Part shown: piece by piece, positions 44,201 to 59,209 of the stretch
How the letters are laid out: every line of letters begins with the position of its first letter
Position numbering within the stretch: the first letter of the stretch is position 1
From: Chrysomallon squamiferum
Taxonomy: Eukaryota; Animalia; Mollusca
Assembly (NCBI GenBank): GCA_012295275.1
Contig: CM022671.1
Span: 28,830,001 to 28,894,000, forward strand
DNA length: 64,000 nucleotides
Reading direction: 5' to 3'
Translations under genes and position numbers: made by a program
Notes under the pieces: generated by a model
The model's database searches: none
What the model was told of the DNA's origin: nothing
Seen by the model: only the letters and a program-made list of their open reading frames with translations

Positions 44201-44515
44201 TGCCCTGGCTTGCCTGAGTCGGGAAATTCCGTATCATCTTTTGCTGCTGGTTTTGGAATGCCGCTGGGTACATATTCTGTTGTTGCTGCTGTTGCTGGCG
44301 TCGTTGTTGCTGCTGTAATAAAAGGTGGTTCTGAAGCACTGAAGATCTAGGTAACGGGGAATTTGAGAGGATTCTACCAGATCCTGGGACTGGATTGGCG
44401 ATGGCGAATGTGCTTTGGACAGAGCCTGCTGGCATTGGAAAGTTGGCTGGTCTGGCAAATCCTCTCTGCTGCGCGCCTACTGGGTTTTGTATGGCGTAAG
44501 AAGATTGGCTCTGAG
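41222..44515 (-). CDS. Gene D terminal exon; Gln-rich secreted protein of about 1130 aa in total, one apparent frameshift near 42270, ending ...FIDRNGYTITQDGSDISIDRQG
   Basis: Phase-1 acceptor ttttctttcatag|ct. The overlapping ORFs 42207-44531 and 41222-42364 have the same composition and join if one A is removed after the CAG run. Confidence 0.82.
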
Positions 44516-45121
44516 CTATGAAAGAAAACAAGCATTTCCGAATTTATGAAAGTGAAATAATCTTCCGATTTGTAAAACAGTTTTTGAATCTCAGTACTAA
44601 ACTGAACAATATAAACAGCTGTTATATTTTCTGTTATTTCAATGCATGTAAGTTTATAATTTTTGTGGTTTTTAGTATTTGTAAGTTTTGGATTTTCTCT
44701 TAGTTCAGAATTTGTAGGTTCATAATTTGTAGATGTTTCTGCATTTGTATTGTAAGTTTACAGCTGGACATTGTTTCACAGTTTGTAAGTTAGTAATTGT
44801 TTTTCAGCATTTGTAAGTTTAAAATTTGAAGTTGCTTCAATATCTATTAATTTATAGTTTTTATCTAGAACTAGGGACATTGAACTGAAAGAAAAAATTA
44901 AATAATGAATTCATTAACAAAAAAATCAAGATTTCTACAAATGATTACGTTTTCAGACATCTTTCGATATCCGAATTTTCCGATGTTAATAAAGTTTATT
45001 TCACCAAGAATTAAATCTTCTACAAGGATCGAGTCAAGAATTCTTTGTTTCACTTCAAAAACAGTAACAATAAAGCATCTATGATAAAATATTACATTTC
45101 TTTATCTATTTAAAAACGTAC

Positions 45122-45169
45122 CCAGTGATCCAAATCGCTGATTGAAACCACCGGCAGCTCGCCTCTGTC
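45122..45169 (-). CDS. Gene D short internal exon (GQRRAAGGFNQRFGSL)
   Basis: Acceptor tattacag|ga and donor ctgg|gtacgt; 48 nt, phase 1-1, a GC-rich island in AT-rich DNA. Confidence 0.75.
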
Positions 45170-45764
45170 CTGTAATAGTAAGAGTTGTTATTATTGTTAT
45201 TATCATCATCATCATCATCATCCTTATTGGTGTTGTTGATGATTGTACTGATGGTGATGGTGATGTTGAAGACACAAATTTAGACATATACAAAATAAAT
45301 AAATAAATAAATTAAATAAAATTCCAGTAACGATGATTATGATGATAATGTTGATTATTCATTCATTCATTCATTTTATTTATATGTATACTTATTTATT
45401 GAAAATCATATTCCTTTTTATTACAGAGGGAAAGGTACTACCACAAAGTGAGTAGAGTTTATTTCTGATACGTGTTTAATCACTGGATCAAACTACCTTG
45501 ATGAGTCGATTTATTTCCTGTTTCAGTCACTGTCTACAACAGGTCTATCAAAAACACTGATGTGTGTCCATAATTTATAAAAATAAAGATCACTATTTGC
45601 TTATTAGTGAAAGTAGTCCACAGAGAAAAGATTTCCTATCACGGCGTTATTTATTTATTTATTTATAATCGCTAACCACTTTGCTGTAGTACCATTTCTC
45701 TCTAATAAAGAAGGAATGAATTAATGAATGAATAAATCATCATCATCATCATTACTGGAATTAT

Positions 45765-45801
<37 letters not shown>

Positions 45802-46389
45802 TTTTTTTAGGAACCTGCTTTAGATAGCTACGAACATACCTAATAAACAAGCATATTAATGTCTCTTATTAATATTATCAAATTAATTTTTATCTCCAAG
45901 TTAACAATTAATTTTAATAACGACAACGTTTAATAGAACGCATTTTTTTTTAAATATTTATTTTTACATGTAGTGTTATTACTGTCAATGATTATCTTTT
46001 TCATTATTATTTTTGCGAAATTTGTGTTCATTTTAGTCTTACAATCATCGTTTTAAATAACAATGTAATTATTTATCAAAATATTCTTTTTGAGTATATG
46101 TACTGATATGTTGTAGTAAGGCTAGATGATAATATAATTTTTGTGTAAATCTTTATTGTCACGCGACACTGTAATATAAACAGTACAATTCCTTCATTCA
46201 TTCCTAATAAACCTATTTTTGAATACTGACCAGAAAAAGACATGACTAAATATTACCAATGGAGAAAACAAGACAATATTACAATTCTTCGTCTACCAAT
46301 TAATAAAACTGTGGAATTGACGGAAGCTCTAGTCATGTATGTCTACATGCGTACGTGCGTTTTCTTATGCTTATTATTGTTATTATTAC

Positions 46390-46434
<45 letters not shown>

Positions 46435-46447
46435 AGGTTCAACTCAC

Positions 46448-46499
46448 CATGTACAGAGAGCATCACAAAAGACGAAACGAGAAAGAAAAAAAGCGACAT
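46448..46499 (-). CDS. Gene D signal-peptide exon (MSLFFFLVSSFVMLSVH-G)
   Basis: Acceptor tttttttgcag| (exon starts at 46519), aaaATG context and phase-1 donor G|gtgagt. Predicted cleavage VHG-QR. Confidence 0.8.
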
Positions 46500-47461
46500 T
46501 TTTCAATTCTAATGTCAAGCTGCAAAAAAAGAGAGATTTCAGTTAACAATCTGTTTATACTCGATATATATTGTGCTTGATTGTTTTTAATGTACGTGCG
46601 TATATGTATATTTGCATGTAAGTATGTATTATGTTCGTAAGTACGTACGTACAAGTGTGCATATATATTTTAGTATATAAGTCTGTCTGTATGTTACGTA
46701 TGTGTATGTATTTATGTACGTATTTGTGTATGCAGATATATTTACGTAAATTAACAAATATAAATACATACAAAAATACACGCGCGCATACACATAGATA
46801 CATATATACATACATACATACAGCCACAAAATATATCTGTTACTCGCGCGCAAACAAAACCAATTTTACAACTCAATGATATATACAAAAACAAAATAAT
46901 ATTTATCTATTTACCGTATAACTGTATACCGCCAATTTTGAAATCGTGGAGAACTAAAATTACACTTGGTTCAATGCACGATGCGCTGTTCACTGAAAGC
47001 ACGTCGTACCTAAAGCACGTTGTCACTGTTAGAACCTATTCTGTGATGTATGGAGCGACGTCAGTCACATGTGACAACATGATCTGACGAGGCCTTCCAC
47101 CATCTCATTCGTTTCTCCGCTCTATTTTTAATCCACCTTTCCACAAATTATTGCTCTGTAAGGCCGCCTATTTGTATATACGATTATATGAGGTTCCGTG
47201 TCTGTCTGTCTATCTGCCTGTCTGTGTGTGTGTGCGGAGTGTCTGTGTGTTAACGTAGTGTTATGAATGAATATATGTATGTATAGATGGATGGATGAAT
47301 GAATGAATGAAATGTATGTATGTATGTATGTATGTAGGTATGTCTGCATGTAAGCATGCTTGATTTGTGTAAGCATTCGTGTAAGTATATGCATGCATAT
47401 ATGTAAATGTATACGTATATGCATGTATGTTTGTATGCATAAATGTGTGTATGTGTGTGTG

Positions 47462-47507
<46 letters not shown>

Positions 47508-49376
47508 TATGTATGCATCTACGAACTAATGTTTAAATCAGAACTGTATTTGAAATCTTTATCGAAATGTTTTTTAGAAAAAAGAACAGAAACGTCTTTT
47601 GATCAAAGTCTATTAATGTGATTGATGTCTCCAATAAAAGCGTTTTAACGGCCACATGAACGCTGCTGAAAATAGACCATCGCACATCGAGCGTCTACAG
47701 GTGCTACGACCACAGCGTATCAGCAGCTTCACGTGGGTGTAAATCACGACGACGTCGGAAACGACAGCCCATCCGTCATCGTACCATCATAATGCTGATT
47801 TGAACAAGAATTCACCTTTGTACGGATTATGCAACTGTGTTTAAAACGATCAACTACTTAATGGCGTTTGTCACCTTCTGTCATTATTACGTTTGTTTAG
47901 CAAGAATGATAGTGCGCCTCCGTTGTCATAATTTTACTTGGTGATTTAACATAGCTGCTTTAAAAAAAAAAAAAAAAAAAATTTAAGCTGTGCACTGTTG
48001 AATATTTTAGGTATATTAGAACATGAAACAAAGTAAATATTAATCTTATGTAATGCATTTTAGAAATATATTTGAATAGCAAGTCTGAAATTCACCGGAT
48101 GCCTGCTTACGAGAATATATTTTAAAATAATTTGGATTAACGTTATTCATAAAAAAAAATTATATTTCCTTGTAATTTTGAATACAGTACAACTCCATTC
48201 ATTTGGTAATAAAAGTAACTATTATTTAGAAAACAATATTCTTAATAATTATTTCTGTAATTTTTTTATTTATTTATTTTTTTATTTTTTTTTTCAAGTA
48301 GGATGAAAAAAGACGCCAACTCGCAATCAGTAACCAATCCGCTAAACGCCAGAGATCACGTGACGCACGGTAGCTTCCATTTGAATTTTTTATTTTTTCC
48401 GCCACAGGAGAAGCGATGGACTTCCTAGATCTGTTTTATTGTTTTCGTTATTATTTTAGTAAAATTCATACTTCTATTTATTTAATGTCATCTTTTATAG
48501 ATTAAATGAAACAAAATGTGTTTGCTTTTTTCAGTAAAAGAAATATCTGAAGTTGATTCATATAGAAAGATGTGAATGATTTTCTTTGTTTTTCCCAAGA
48601 AAATGTATTGATGGATGATCATCAGAATGTGGAATGACACCAATCTTGGCACTGGGCATTTGTCCGTTATTTGATAACTTGTTCCATTGACTTGTGCAAG
48701 ATTTAGTACATGTATTATCTTCCTTTCGTAAGCTGTGCTGGTTAATGATTATTTGTCTTATTGTTGTTACTAACCGTGGTTCAACCAACCCAGAAACTTT
48801 GTGTATCAGTCAGTAATTATAAACGGAAGATGATAATCTTTTTTTCTGTTTAAAATCTGTATGAGTGGGCGGTTTGCCCCAGTCTTACACAATGCATCAG
48901 GCAAAAAGGGCAAAACCATTTATTTTTTTATTTTTTTTTTAATGTGATATTTCGTAGAGTGGAAATGTCTCGATAATTTGAATTGTCTTTCAGGTGTCTC
49001 TGATGGCGGAAGGAGATGGCGTCTTTCTTGTTCGTGGCTGGTTTCTTGCCCCAGCCTACCTTCAGTGTGTTCATACACCATACACTAGTTTTTCTTTCAT
49101 TAGTAAAGCATGAAAATGAATCCATCAAAAGTTACGTTGCCCGTTGTATGTTATTTGCTCCTGTTTTCAATCACCATTATGATTTCGTTATGATAGTGTT
49201 AGTACGTATTGACACGTTAATAACCTTTTTGTAATTCGTATTTGAAATATTACCAGCTACAGATGAGTCTATTAATTATATTATTATTATTTTTGTTAAC
49301 ATTCTGTATGTTATATGCAGACATGAATTATATACATACAATGTATGAGTTGTGTATGTGTGTGTGTGTGTGTGTC

Positions 49377-49426
<50 letters not shown>

Positions 49427-49775
49427 TGTGTAGCTGGATGGATGGGAGGATCGAATAACCTTTTTGCTGATACAAAACTGATTAAAGTAATGAAGTTTGT
49501 TCTGTTTTTACACACACTGGATAATACAAACATTAACAGAATAAAACAACATTTTGATATTCATAGCAAATACGTATATATCTATATTAGCACAAGGATA
49601 AATACTTAAAATGAGAAAGACATATACTACATAAATAATAATTATAAAAATAAAAACGTATACAAGATAATTCTCCAGAAAAAAAAATAAAATAAAAATA
49701 AGAATAAAAAAAGGAAAGAAAATTCAAATCAAAGTAGAAATATAATATCCAACACAAATTCTTGCAATGAAAAAA

Positions 49776-49822
<47 letters not shown>

Positions 49823-49864
49823 ATATAATAATTTATAAAAATAACTTTTTCAAATGAATCTTAC

Positions 49865-49937
49865 CAAAGCCAGGCAGCCAGCTACGGTGCATTTACTACT
49901 TTTGAAGGACAGAACAACGGCGGGAATCTGTTATATA
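49865..49937 (-). promoter_or_regulatory. TATA box (49931-49937) and short first exon of gene D
   Basis: Minus-strand TATATAA in a CpG-rich island (49870-50240), followed by donor ggctttg|gtaaga. Confidence 0.55.
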
Positions 49938-50292
49938 TGGCAGAAGAAGTTACCTCGGCGCTCATTCGTTAACCTTCGGTTTCCGGCAAAATCGTCCGCT
50001 GGTCCTGCGTCCAGACGTTTGTAGTATTGGCCGCGCGCCTGTCACTGCAGACGAACAACAGAGGTGCGGTCGAAAGCAGAACGTGCCGTTTTGACGTCTG
50101 CTAGTCGCGAACTGAAACCACCCGCCACTGAACTCGGTCACAATTACTGTTTGTACTGACGTACATTGCACAAATCTACTACGTTCCCAGTGTTTTGATA
50201 GCTTGACTATGAATTTCACGACTGCAGCTTCTACGTATTAAGGGCAATATTAATGTCTGTTTTCACATTCCAGACAGATAGTTAAGTAGATG

Positions 50293-50477
<185 letters not shown>

Positions 50478-50483
50478 ATCTAC

Positions 50484-50520
<37 letters not shown>

Positions 50521-51163
50521 CCTCACTATCAAAGCGTAGGAATCAAACTTTTCTTAATAGTTGAAGACATATCTTACATTTAGAAAAAAAAAAAAAAAAA
50601 AAAAGCTTATGATCATAATAAATAATTATGTCACTGATTCCTTTAGAATATCATTTTCCGATAAATTATCATTTTTATTTTATTTTATTTTTTTTATTTA
50701 TTTTTTTTACCACATTCTTGTGGTTTAATTATCAGAAAGTTTGGAATCGTTACATTCTTACACTTCAAACATTTTACAAGATTAGTCTTTCATTGCTAAA
50801 TTGTTTTGATAAGATAAAAAAAAAAAATAAAATAAAAAAAAAACCATCAAAGAAATAAACAAAATAGAAAAACATATCGAATGAAAGAACGTAAAGAAAT
50901 GAAGAATGAAAGAAAAACCTTAAGCGAGAAAGGAAAAAATAAAGTTACTTAGTGTTCTGTAACACCTAATATGACTGGGTGTCAGTTAATCTTCTTGTAG
51001 CATTTCAAGACAGATTTGAGGAAATACTGACAAAGACATGACATCTACCATTTTAGGATAAATCAACATAATAAGACAGGACTGATGATGTGCGTAGGAT
51101 GACAGAAATCATTACTAATTACCCCCAAAACATAGCATGCCAGTCCACGCGGGTATTCAGTGA

Positions 51164-51245
<82 letters not shown>

Positions 51246-51457
51246 AGAAGATGAAAAAAGTTAAAGATGTTTACATTCTATTTCCTTATTTATTAATTTA
51301 TACGATTTACCGTTTACATTTTATTTTATAAAGTCAGCTAATGTAAAACAGTGTATTTTCAAATCAAAGACCACATATGTGCTCAATTTGAACATTCGTA
51401 CATGAACCAGTAAATTATTAACTCATATATGAGAACATACATATATACATGGATACA

Positions 51458-51491
<34 letters not shown>

Positions 51492-52908
51492 CATACAAAA
51501 GTACATACATCACAGTACATTTGCACTCGTTTTATTTAATAAATAGTGTTTATTCGTGTGTTTTTTGCCGCGTTATCTGTGAAAAATGTCATTTAAGAAG
51601 ATCGATAAGTGTAGTTCAAGAGCCTCAGTTGGTTTCCTCCCTCAAAAACAAAAACAAAAACATAATGAATTGGTGTGTCGTCACAAAAAATATTGCTTCA
51701 ATCATTATTTGAAAAACACACACACACATACACGTACACAAACACACACAGGTTCTTGACTGTTAGAACAATGAATGCCTGTTTTTGCTTTGTATTGACA
51801 TGTGCAAACGATGTTGAAATGTACATCATTGAAGTCTGCCTTTGGCTAGACAATGGGTTCATTGTACTGCGAAAGTGCATAAAACTACAGTTCAAGACGG
51901 TATCATTATTCTATAAGGCGAACATAAAGATCTGAAATAATCCTTCCTTTATGAGAAACTGGTTTGTTTTATTAAAGACTAAGACCTCTCTGAAGTATAA
52001 TTAATAACAGGAGGAGGGATTTTCAGATCGACTTTTATGGTTAACATACGTCATTTCCTCCTTCTAGCAATGGAAAGAACACTTTGATAGTAGTAGCTTT
52101 AGCAGTAGTAGAAGTAGTAGCAGCAGCAGCATAGTAATAACAGTAGTAGTAGTAGCAGCAGTAGCAGTGGTAGAGACAGTAGTGGCAGTGTTTTGTATGT
52201 CATTTATGTATTCTTTTATGTATTTATTCATTATCGTTTTTAATTTTATATTATTTATTTTTTTATTTTGACTTCATTCTTCCCAGAAGCTGCCACGATG
52301 TTGCATCACGTCAGAGACAGCACAAAGCCGTTGTGCTGGCCGTTGTGTTGAAAGCTGACCCCTGATTAACAGTCTGCTAGGATCTGTTGGCTTATGACTC
52401 TGGTCAGCGATCGCTCATCCAGGCCAGCCGTGAAGGTCGAAAGATTTAGACGAAAAATAATTATTTTCATTATTCGTTAATTATTTCCAGTTCCAGCCAC
52501 GATCGTACCAATGATTTATCTACAACTGATTTTTTTTTTTTCCTGTTTCTGGGAAGACTTAGATAAAAGATTTCCTACTGTTAATGAAAAAGAATATCTC
52601 AAATAACGTGTTTGTTGTACAACACAACATTGAACATCTAAAATGTACTGAGATTACGTCAAATGTATCTATTACATAATGTAGTATATATATATTTATT
52701 TTAGTGTGTATATGTGTGTATGTTATGTAAATAAATAAATTAAAATGGATGGACCGCACCATTGAGTCTACTCTCAATTTAGAATGATGGATACGAGAAT
52801 ATATAATCTTGTCATGATGGTCGTAGAAATATACTGGTGGATGGTAACTGATGTTCACATTCCGATAACATGAAATATATACAGTTTTCCTTATATGCCT
52901 AATATTTC

Positions 52909-52946
<38 letters not shown>

Positions 52947-53180
52947 CCGAGACAACGGTACATCATTACATATTGTCAAAGTATATTTTTCACCTCTCTT
53001 CTGTCAGAGCCTCGAGGCTCTGTGTTCAGTGTTATATTACGATCTGAGTGACCCAGTAAATCCACGAAGGTTCTCATATATCATTTCAGTCCTTTGTATT
53101 CTGGACGGGCGAAAACTTCTGGCGTAATGGTGCAATGAATATGACAACGTATCTGAAGTGATATTTGATAAACGTGTGGA

Positions 53181-53407
<227 letters not shown>

Positions 53408-53469
53408 AACTCTTTCTTTTCAGACTTAAGATATCTCTTTCTGTCTCGCTTCTCCCTTTTTCTCCATGC

Positions 53470-53501
<32 letters not shown>

Positions 53502-53731
53502 ATACAGACATACATGCAGAAGTATATTGGTCCTCTCCTCTTTCTTTTTGAATATATAATAAATGAAGTGGAGTTTCGTAACAATAAATGTTGGAAACAA
53601 ATAGTTTAACACGCGACTTTGACAAATGAATGACAGTGATAAATCTCTTAACGATATTAATAACTGATGACTCAGTCAGCATAGTTTAAGACACAAGTGT
53701 TATTACTGTATTCATACATACATAAAGTACA

Positions 53732-53775
<44 letters not shown>

Positions 53776-54946
53776 TACATATATATAAACAAACAAAAAA
53801 TATGAACAGAATTAACAACACTTGATATTTCAGAAAAACAAGAAAGACAAAAGATGATGTTTGTGTTTGCTGATGGTGTAATGACCGTTTGAGAGAAAAA
53901 TAATATTTTTCAAAATTCTTGTAACTGACATACATTCAAACACACAACAAATATGAATGAGAGTATGTATGTATGTATGTGTATTTGAATGTATGTGTAT
54001 ACATGAGAGTATGTTTGAATATGTGTCGTTAAGTAGGTATGTCTGTATGTATCTTCAGATCGGTGCAAATGTCGTTGGTTTTATTTGTTGGTTGGTTTTT
54101 CCACAGCAATTATCTCGTCAATGAAAAAAGATTAAAAAAAAATAATAAGAATAAAATTTAAAGAAAAAAGAACTTGTGATATATAATCTAACTTGTCACC
54201 TTGTTTTGCATCTACGCATTGCATGAATGACAGCGACGTCGGAAGATTCTAAAATACCGAGAGATTTATGGACGTGCGAATATATAACTGAGCCGTATAA
54301 AAAGAAATATGAATGAATTTTGAAGGAAGTTAAGTACAAGATTGTGGCTTATTGGCTTATTAGAGCATGGCCTGGGGCTTGTTAAATGGTTCGCTGAATC
54401 ACTTCTTCTAACTGGGTTCATTCCTGTTCTAGCTAGGACCATATGACAGAATGTGCTTGTAAAATAAACCTTGCTGCTAACTATATATATATTTTTTTTA
54501 ATTTAAAAAAGAAGAGAAAGAAAATAGCGTCGTATTTCCAGTATTATTTCCAGTTTAGTCCTAAAATATTTTCAACAAAATATCGTTCATGTTATACTAA
54601 TTATATTAATAATGCCTTGAAATCTACCGAAAACAAAGAAGCAAAAACATAGAAATACACCCCATCTCACTTAAAAAAATGACAATCCCAAAACTACATA
54701 ATAAGAATTCAAAAACAAGAAACAAATAGGGCAACAAAAATCCAAAATGGCGAAGCGAAAACAATTAATAAGGACTGTGAGTAAATCTTCAGTTAAGATG
54801 TAAACCAAATGATTTACTGAAAATATTTCCATCGTTTTACTGTTCTGATTCTAGTGCAAATACAAAAAGTTTGTATAAAATTTTCTACGTTCACTATGGA
54901 TGTTGAAATCAACCGCCATTACTTGCACATCGGTGTCGCCATTATG

Positions 54947-54983
<37 letters not shown>

Positions 54984-55859
54984 GTGCTTTTTAACTCAAG
55001 GGAGATAAGTAGAATGCATTGTTATAGAACAACAAATTACCGCAAAAGCTTCAGTAAGTTCTGCTGATAAATTCTAAATCTGAATTGGAGGTTTATTGAA
55101 TTTTCTTTCCATTTTAATGTTTAATTCATTTTTACTTTTTACTTGTAGTAGTTGTTGTTCCTTTCTTTCTTCGTTTTTTATTTTATTACGTATGCGATAA
55201 TAACTACACAGGCTGAGTCATGAGTTAATAGTTACTAGAGAGTCACGATCCTTGGTAAGAATAAATAAATCAATAAATAAATAAATTGCACCAACGACGG
55301 CGACGATGACGATTTAGTGATGATGATAATAATAATGTATGTATGCTGGTGTATGTATAATGTATGGTTACATGCGTATAATAACTGCAGGCTCACACTT
55401 TGAAAAGAGTTACCCTCTTTGGATACATAAAACGATTTGATTTCATAAAAGTATTTCTACATTTGATTCAGTTTGATGTTAAACTACGGCAGTATTAAAA
55501 TAATATTAAAAATTCAATCTTACATTTGCGCAGAATTCAGCACTTTACCCACTATAAATAAATGTAAATTTTAAAGTAAATTAATACTGTCAAAATTATA
55601 CGTTTGTGTATTTCTATAATATTCTTCTAGGTACATCTGAATGTGTGTGGGTCTTTGAAATGTGTATATATGTGTGAAAGCTGTGTAAATTTATATACAA
55701 AGTTTGGTAGAATGTGTGTTTCCATTAAATTATATGTCAACGTGTGTTTCCATTAAAGTATGTGTTTGAATGTGTTTTTATTAAATGATGTGTAAATGTA
55801 TGTTTGAATGTGTGTTTTTTTGTGTTTTTATAAATTATTATTATTAAGGTACGTGTGCT

Positions 55860-57335
55860 ATTTAAGTTTATGTGAAAGCGTTTCCATTAAAGTATGTGTG
55901 AATGTATGTTTTTATTAAAGTATGCGTGAATATAATGTTTTTATTAAAGTATGTGTGAATGTGTGTTTTTATTAAAGTATGTGTGAATATATGTTTTTAT
56001 TAAAGTATGCATGAATGTGTGTTTTTATTAAAGTATGCGTGAATGTGTGTTTTTATTAAAGTATGTGTGAATGTGTGTTTTTATTAAAGTATGCGTGAAT
56101 GTGTGTTTTTATTAAAAGTATGCGTTAATATATGTTTTTATTAAAATATGTGAAAAGTGTGTTTTTATTAAAGTATGCGTGAATGTGTGTTTTTATTAAG
56201 TATATGTGAATGTGTGTATGCGAAAAAGTTGTGTTTTTATTAAAGTATGCGTGAATGTGTGTTTTTATTAAAGTATGCGTGAATGTGTGTTTTTATTAAA
56301 GTATGCGTGAATGTGTGTTTTTATTAAAGTATGCGAAAATGTGTGTTTTTATTAAAGTATGCGTGAATGTGTGTTTTTATTACAGTATATGTGAATATGT
56401 GTTTTTATTAGAATATATGTGAAAGTGTGTTTTTATTACAGTATATGTGAATATGTGTTTTTATTAGAATATGTGTGAATGAATGTTTTCATTACAGTAT
56501 GTGTGAATGTGTGTTTCCATTGAATATAGGTTTTTATTAAAAGAATGTGTGAATGTGTGTTTTTATTAATATATGCGTGAATGTGTGTTTTTATTAATAT
56601 ATGCGTGAATGTGTGTTTTTATTAATATATGGGTAAATATGTGTTTTTATTAAAGTATGTGAATGTGTATTTTTATTAAAGTATGCGTGAATGTGTGTTT
56701 TTATTACAGTATTTGTGAATGTGTGTTTTTATTACAGTATATGTGAATGTGTGTTTTTATTACAGTATATGTGAATATGTATTTTTTATTAAAGTATATG
56801 TGAATGTGTGTTTTTTTATATGTGAATGTGTGTTTTTATTACAGTATATGTGAATGTGTTTTTATTAGAATATGTGTGAATGAATGTTTTCATTAAAGTA
56901 TTTGTGAATGTGTGTTTTTATTAAAAGTATATGTGAATATGTTTTTATTAAACTATGTGTGAATGAATGTTTTTTCATTACAGTGTGAATGTGTTTTTAT
57001 TTTGCGTGAATGTGTGTTTTCATTACAGTATTTGTGAATGTGTGTTTTTATTAAAAGTATGCGTTAATGTATGTTTTTATTACACTATGTGTGAATATGT
57101 GTTTTTATTAATATATGCGTGAATGTGTGTTTTTATTAATATATGCGAAAATGTGTGTTTTTATTAATATATGCGTGAATGTGTGTTTTTATTAAACGTA
57201 TGCGAAAATGTATGTTTTTATTAAAGTATATGTGAAAGTGTGTTTTTATTACAGTATATGTGAATGTGTGTTTTTATTAGAATATGTGTGAATTAGTGTT
57301 TCCATTACAGTATGTGTGAATGTTTTATTATAGTA
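55860..57335. repeat. 28-bp minisatellite array (gtgaatgtgtgtttttattaaagtatgc), roughly 50 copies
   Basis: Period 28 is directly visible, for example at 56251, 56279 and 56307. Confidence 0.92.
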
Positions 57336-58420
57336 TGCTTGAATGGGCGATTTCCTAAAAGTGTGTTTGAATGTAAATGCACGTGTCAGTCTCTGCTTTT
57401 CATCGGTTGAATTTACACATGCAATAACGAACATAAGCCAGACATAACTAACACTGAACGTCATCATAAACTTTATTACCGAGCAAAAGCACAAGTTAAC
57501 AGTCTCTACTTCACAAAATTCTCTCCTTCTTCTAACTGTCCCGGTGTACAGGAATATCTGTCACCACATCTCTAACATTGTAGTTCTAATGTACAACCGC
57601 GGCTGTAAAACAGATATAAAAAGTAAATTAATTAACAGGTTGTTGACATTTATAAGATACAGTTTTATTATATTATTGCTGTAAAAAGTGCATTTTAGGA
57701 TTTCGCGACGTATAAGTGATAATACATTCATACTTACACACATACGTACATATGTATGTACATACATATATACATACATACATTCATACATAATACACAT
57801 ACCCGAACATATAAATACACACATACACACACACATACATGTATATATATATAGATATATACACAGACAGACAGACGATAATCAGAAGTATATGTACGCA
57901 CGCAAAATTTGCTCACGCACTGACAAACGTATTGTTACTTTTCGATTACCTGTTTGTTTTTTCGGTGTCGTACCTGTCGAAAGGGGAAATAAAAATTTTA
58001 AACCGATGTTTAGTATCTGTATGTAGCTACGTGTTTCTATATATCTGTCTTTGTTAAAAACTATATCCCTGCCTACATACAGCTAAATAATTGAGTGTAT
58101 AACTTTCTGTATGTATTTATTGTATGTATTTTTTGTATGTGTGTGCGTATGTGCAGGTTTGTATTTGTCTGTCAAGGTGTCTTGTGTATTTATTTACAGA
58201 TGTATTTTTTTTTTGTATGTACGTACGTACGTTAGTGTTTACTTACCCGATTTTTTGAAGAAGAAGAAGAAAAAAAAATGATGAAGATTATTTCATAGTC
58301 CAGTCAATACTTTCAGCGATTAAGATTAAGATAATTTATATTTTCATAGTTTTCAATATATCAGCGATTAAGATTAAGATAATTTATATTTTCTTTTTCA
58401 TATATGTAAGAAAGAGAGAG

Positions 58421-58643
<223 letters not shown>

Positions 58644-58804
58644 AGAGAGTGGGGGGAGAGAGAGGGGGAGAGAGAGGGGGAGAGAGGGAGGTAAGAAAAA
58701 TTTGGTATCTTAATGGGTATAAGATACAAAAGAGACAATCATGGTTCCGTTTCATTTGATTTGTTCCGAGATTAATTACATGATTCTGCTCTGATTTAGA
58801 GTTC

Positions 58805-58893
58805 TTATTTTCTTTTCTTTTGTAATATCTCATTCCAATAGTTTAATAACTTACTAATTCCTGGGGCATTCCCTGATTGCTTCGTGTTATGTC
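58805..58893 (-). CDS. Gene F probable last exon (GHNTKQSGNAPGISKLLNYWNEILQKKRK*)
   Basis: Acceptor atcttttcag|ga (phase 1) matches the donor at 59210. An internal a|gtaagt donor could instead lead to a further exon. Confidence 0.6.
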
Positions 58894-58956
58894 CTGAAAA
58901 GATACGAAGTTTAAGAATTGAGGATTAGTTAGAAATCTAAACAGATCACTGAAAAT

Positions 58957-59023
<67 letters not shown>

Positions 59024-59209
59024 TTATTTATTTATTTAATTATGTGTTTATTTTGTTTGTTGGTTGGTTTATTGGTTGGTTCATTCGTTCGTTTCAGTCG
59101 TCAGAGTTTAAACAGCCATTTTAACAACAGTTGTAGATTTTTAAACAAAACGGAAGTATTATGATCACATATACATACACATACGTATAACTGTACTTTA
59201 TATATTCAC

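Noticed and set aside
38135-44458. Secondary ORFs overlapping D and E on both strands
   Set aside because: They are shadows of CAG-rich coding sequence.
55860-57335. 28-bp array as a CRISPR locus
   Set aside because: It is a head-to-tail repeat without unique spacers or cas genes, in a eukaryotic context.
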